64,000 bases of DNA from positions 1,686,100 through 1,750,099 of the forward strand of contig NW_003314267.1 of the NCBI RefSeq assembly GCF_000143415.4, in the 5' to 3' direction. Under the pieces are notes generated by a model. That model ran no database searches. It saw only the letters and a program-made list of their open reading frames with translations, and had not been told where the DNA came from. The stretch comes from Selaginella moellendorffii (taxonomy: Eukaryota > Plantae > Lycopodiophyta). Each line of letters begins with the position of its first letter. The stretch's first letter is position 1. Positions 61,125 through 64,000 of the stretch are shown piece by piece. A program made the translations under genes and the position numbers.

Positions 61125-61969
61125 GGACTGAATCCAACAGCCAGGAAGGAGGACGAGAAAGAGAAAACAGGACAAGAACTATACGTATGCAGCAGTCAGC
61201 TCAAAGCTCTGGGTTTGGATTTCATATACTAACCGCGTGTGGAGGAATTTGCAGTCACGTAATACGTCTTACTGTAGGTGAGAGGGAGACGAGCTACCTA
61301 GCTTTTGATCAGATCGTCTCTCCAAACTGTTGCTATCCTACATAGAGGTATGGCTTTGCGCTCCTGGTGTCTTCTACTTCTCAGTGTGTGGAAGTTTTTC
61401 TCATCGCGTGTCACTTGGCCAGGTGCACAGATGATGAACATGAGGAGAAAGAGGATCAAGGTTTTCTTTCTTTTTAAGTAGTGCGAAGATCTTTACTGGA
61501 GTATCGCGGCAAATCCCAGAAACTTCCAGCTTTTCAAAGGTGCAGCAACAATATCATTGTCCTTGAGAGGACAATATGTCTTTTTATTCAAGTGCTTCTA
61601 ATAATGTTCTTGGGTTGCTGTTATGTTACAGAACGGAGCCAGTGAGACAGAGACCAAGCACAGACCAGACTGGGAGGATGAGGTAGTAACACCAACAACA
61701 ACATCCATAAGAACAAGGTGTGTGAATCGAGCCCGGGCTTTAGTGGCGTAGAGGAGGTACTAGAAAGCAAAGCTGGACTGGGAAATTTTTGGAAGAACAC
61801 AGGGAATAGGAAGTGGACAGGGCACGTACGAGCGGGAGGAATACAGCTGGTCTGTAGCAGCATGAATGGTTTTTATTTGGAGTGATTTGGATTCGCCAGA
61901 CAGCTAGCAAAAGGGAAAGGCTCGATCTTCAATGCTCGGAAAAGGAACTACTTGGGGGACCCTGGCACA

Positions 61970-62030
61970 GTGGTGCTGGTGCTGCTGATGGTGGTGGTGG
62001 TGGTGGTGGTGGTGGTGGTCACTGGTGGTG
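61970..62030. repeat. (TGG)n/(TGC)n trinucleotide microsatellite
   Basis: Direct reading of the sequence. Confidence 0.9.
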
Positions 62031-62745
62031 GCCACAAAACTAAGTAGTTTCACTAGTGTACGATGGGACTCGACTCGACTCGACACTCTCAATCTCCTTC
62101 TCCAGAGGCTGGCAGAGAAGCTCAGACAATATCACCGTCTTCTACCCAAGATCGGACTCTGATCGTCCGGGAGATCAAACTTTAAGCGGCGGTGGCACGG
62201 ATCTATCTACCAGAGGTACGTTTTCTTAATGAAGCTTCGAGCACCGCTTTTGTCAACAGCCGTGATCTGATGTGGAACGTACTCCAGGCTCACAAGTGGC
62301 GCCGCGCGAAAAGGGACACACCTCACAGCCTTTTGATTCATGGCCGAGTGCATGCGTTTTGGTCTAAAGTTTGTGGCCTGGTAAAACGTATTCATTGAGA
62401 GAAATCTGCGAAGATTCACGGGGCAGTATTTTTAATCGTTTCTTTTGTTTATGCTGATCTTTGGGTTCCTCGTAGGGTAAGCTCTTGCTTGTGCTCCAGT
62501 TCTAAACATTCTATTTGGTGAAGAACATGAAGAACATCGCCTTGAGTGAAGCAGTGGTGTTGTTGTTGCTCAATTCAATCAATGGAGGTTTTTTTTGTTT
62601 GGAAGTGGTGGGCGTCTTTGTCCCCAAACTCCAACCTTCTTGTTCTCTTTCTTTATTTCTTCTTTTCCCTTTTCTTCACAAAATGTGTATTATTTTCGTT
62701 TAATAAAGAATTATTGGCAAATTATTGATGAGTTTTAAAAGAGAA

Positions 62746-62818
62746 CGTCAGCAGCAGGAGTCGAGCCTGCGCGGGCAAAGCTTCGAGTCTGTCTCCTTAA
62801 CCCCTCGGACACACTGAC
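62746..62818 (-). pseudogene. tRNA-Ser(CGA) pseudogene
   Basis: GTCAGTGTGTCCGAGGGGTTAAGGAGACAGACTCGAA-GCTTTGCCCGCGCAGGCTCGACTCCTGCTGCTGACG. The 3' anticodon stem (~9 nt) is missing and the T-loop is altered. Confidence 0.85.
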
Positions 62819-64000
62819 ATTAACATGTAAACTGTGATTAGTCGATGAGACACGAGATATTTTTGACTTCGGCTTCACGCGGCAAAAATAATCATCAATG
62901 CTTGTTTAAAAGATCACCCTGATTACATGTCATCCGTGTGCGTGCTTTGGCCTAGAAATTTAAGCGTCAATTGTACGCAAACTCACACAAGATACAAGCT
63001 CCACGCAAAGGCACGCGTGCATGTAGCATTTCTTTAATATCCTAAGCATAGCTTAAGTTAAACTTGGAAGATTCCCCAAGATCATGTCCGGCCTTATAAT
63101 ATTCTTCAAAGGGCAAAACCAACGTCGTCCCGATTCGTTCGCCTTGGACGTCCAAATCCTGGAATCCGAAACGTTTAGAGTAAACTACGTAGGAGAAATC
63201 CCCGCATCGCATTAATAAAACCAAAGGATTAACAAGGAAGGCTGTCGGGGAATACTGGGCTTTGCCCTAAACTACATTTTACAAAAGGTGGCGGACATGT
63301 TGTTAGTGAAAGATGCGCTTTATTTGTAGCTAAAAGGTATACAAACTATAGCCCTAACCTAATGCTTCGATCGGACGGCCTGTGACGGCCTGTCAACCTG
63401 TCAGCTGTCTTGTCACGGTTAAAACAACAACGTAATCGCATTAAATCCAAAGCCCAGTAAAAACGTTTTTCCCGTGAGACGAATTCACGGAATCACCTAC
63501 CTGAAGTTTGGAAAGCAGGGAACACTTCAATGTTCACTAAAAACTATACTTGCTTCTGCTTTGCCTCTAACGTAACGCCCTCTTAACCAAAGCTGGAGTT
63601 AGCAGACCACACGTGGAGCAATCCCAACTGTCGATACCCGACATCGGACGGACGCCGCGGAACCCGTGTCTTATCGTCTGACAGTCAAAAGTACGTCCAC
63701 GTGTACGCGTATAGCTCAGTTCCGGACACGTGGCAGAATCTCAGGCGTTGGATGGGGGCGCCCATCGACGGCTGGCAGCGGTCCGGCCCCCGGCGCCGTC
63801 AGATGGAACCCAATCAACGGTCCCCGCGTTTGAAAATGCTTTTCCAGACAGCGATGGTATGCGTTCTCTCTTTTGTTTGTATGATAGAAGAGAGGAGAGA
63901 GAGAGAGAGAGAGGGACAAGAACAAGAACAAGAGAGAGTTTTAGTGAACTCCCGCAACCGGTGCTCCGAGGCTTCGGGGGAGCAATTCCATTCCCCCCAA

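Noticed and set aside
61904-62400. Poly-His ORF, and short resemblance to miR166*/miR171/miR390
   Set aside because: The ORF comes from the microsatellite; no full mature miRNA match or fold-back partner was found.

Overview
Eukaryotic land-plant nuclear DNA. The very short 50-70 bp introns, dense gene packing and many PLS-class PPR genes suggest a lycophyte such as Selaginella (inference). The left ~40 kb is a rearranged accessory region built from a repeated head-to-head cassette of a PLS-E PPR gene and a Crinkler/RHS-type gene (coiled coil + P-loop NTPase + restriction-endonuclease fold + SAP-like motif). Parts of the cassette form ~9.5-kb inverted arms (about 151-9648 and 27953-37682). 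The arms enclose a headless Crinkler copy, a TRIM, a 7.4-kb non-coding LTR element with an internal five-hairpin tRNA-like module, and the FHA+PIN gene PS1. Only one Crinkler copy (197-3002) and one cassette PPR copy (37982-39508) look intact; the other PPR copies are scrambled by micro-inversions. The right ~24 kb holds more ordinary genes: FSH1-like hydrolase, ABHD11-like hydrolase, MYND finger protein, two tRNA-Trp, F-box/kelch, RRS1, FOLB, an LRR protein, a kinase, a PPR, a secreted LRR protein and a tRNA-Ser pseudogene. Three same-strand genes there (LRR, FOLB, RRS1) are separated by only 43 and 42 bp from stop to start, making a candidate polycistronic unit. Exon models were built by eye from GT/AG sites and frame continuity, and repeat boundaries are approximate.
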